Assembly: GCF_963921235.1 (NCBI RefSeq)
Contig: NC_086104.1
Span: 4,340,001 to 4,404,000, forward strand
From: Mobula hypostoma
Taxonomy: Eukaryota
Direction of reading: 5' to 3'
DNA length: 64,000 nt
Part shown: positions 63,227-64,000 of the stretch, piece after piece
How the letters are laid out: the number at the start of each line of letters is the position of its first letter
Position numbering within the stretch: position 1 is the stretch's first letter
Translations under genes and position numbers: made by a program
Notes under the pieces: generated by a model
The model's input: only the letters and a program-made list of their open reading frames with translations
Told to the model about the DNA's origin: nothing
Databases searched by the model: none

Positions 63227-63229
63227 TTT

Positions 63230-63960
63230 ATCGAACACTCTCTGTCACATTTTCTCACCTATCACCTACCAGCCACTGTCTCACATTCACCCCCACCCCT
63301 CTCTTCTGCAGACCAGTATCTCCCCTCAGCATTTACAGAGCTGTGCAGGATCATGATCCTTATCATGGAGTTGATAGGTTCTTCATTATTCAAGATGTTA
63401 AAGGTTATGGGGAGAAGGTAGCAGCATGGGGTGAGAGGGATAATAAATCAGCCATGATGGAATGGCAGAGTCGACTCAATGGGCTGGCCAGGTCATCCAC
63501 TCCCAGAGGGGAAAAAGCCAGATTGAAAGGTAAAGTAAAGCAAAAAGCTGAGCCAATACCACAGATGAATGACAGAGACAGACTGCGAAATCAAGTTACA
63601 CTAAGCTGTGGAATTCAATAGCGAGTCCCGAATGCTGCAATGTGCCCAATGGAAAGATGAGGTGTTGTTACTGAAGATTGCTCTGATCTACATTATAACA
63701 GTGCAGGGGGCTACAGGCCGAGCTCCCAGTCACGGCTTCTGGTTTTTATTTCAATACTCACACATTCTTCTCTACGTTGTCACTCTTGAACTGATTCCAC
63801 TCACTAACTGACCACGTAACAGTCACCGACACCCCCTCTCCCTCATCCTCACGGCAGCTTCACCAGTCCTCATTGCTTCCTTCCCAGTTGTCAGTCTTTG
63901 ACCTCAAATGTGTCTCTGCTCACAGACCTGCTGAGTATGGCCAACATTTTCTGTTTTCAT
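63230..63960. mobile_element. Old Penelope and CR1 remnants
   Basis: 'cacctatcacctaccagcc', 'gaaagatgaggtgttgtt' (GIY-YIG tail, minus), 'acagacctgctgagtat'; CR1 3' piece ~63365-63485. Confidence 0.5.
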
Positions 63961-64000
63961 TCTGCTGTGGACTCTTTCTTCAACCCAGTACCGTAATCAA

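Noticed and set aside
63123-63621. ORFs with CVCVCV runs and 'DQYLPSAFTELCRIMILIM' as a TM exon
   Set aside because: Microsatellite artefact; the acceptor lies in a Penelope-like remnant and the frame runs into a CR1 3' fragment

Overview
Vertebrate genomic DNA that looks like a cartilaginous fish (shark or ray), inferred from its CR1, Penelope, Rex1/Babar and RTE repeat landscape. By eye the great majority of the window is nested, mostly decayed transposons: many CR1 LINE copies, two decayed Gypsy/PNMA-gag LTR elements, RTE and Rex1/Babar LINE remnants, an inverted Penelope element with a 14-bp target site duplication (TSD), a hAT-Charlie element with an 8-bp TSD, and a solo LTR. One real host gene is recognisable on the + strand. 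It has a 49-nt signal-peptide exon (30538-30586), a 19.2-kb TE-filled intron, and two tandem Ig V-set exons (49812-50165 and 51782-52129). Each V exon already contains a J-like GxGT-x-L-x-V strand in the germline and has no recombination signal sequences (RSS). All junctions are phase 1 and splice in frame to Leader-VJ-VJ. This is a non-rearranging, antigen-receptor-like gene with two pre-joined V domains, and it is the main lead. I could not find its C, transmembrane or cytoplasmic exons in the window. Many TE boundaries are approximate (tens of bp).
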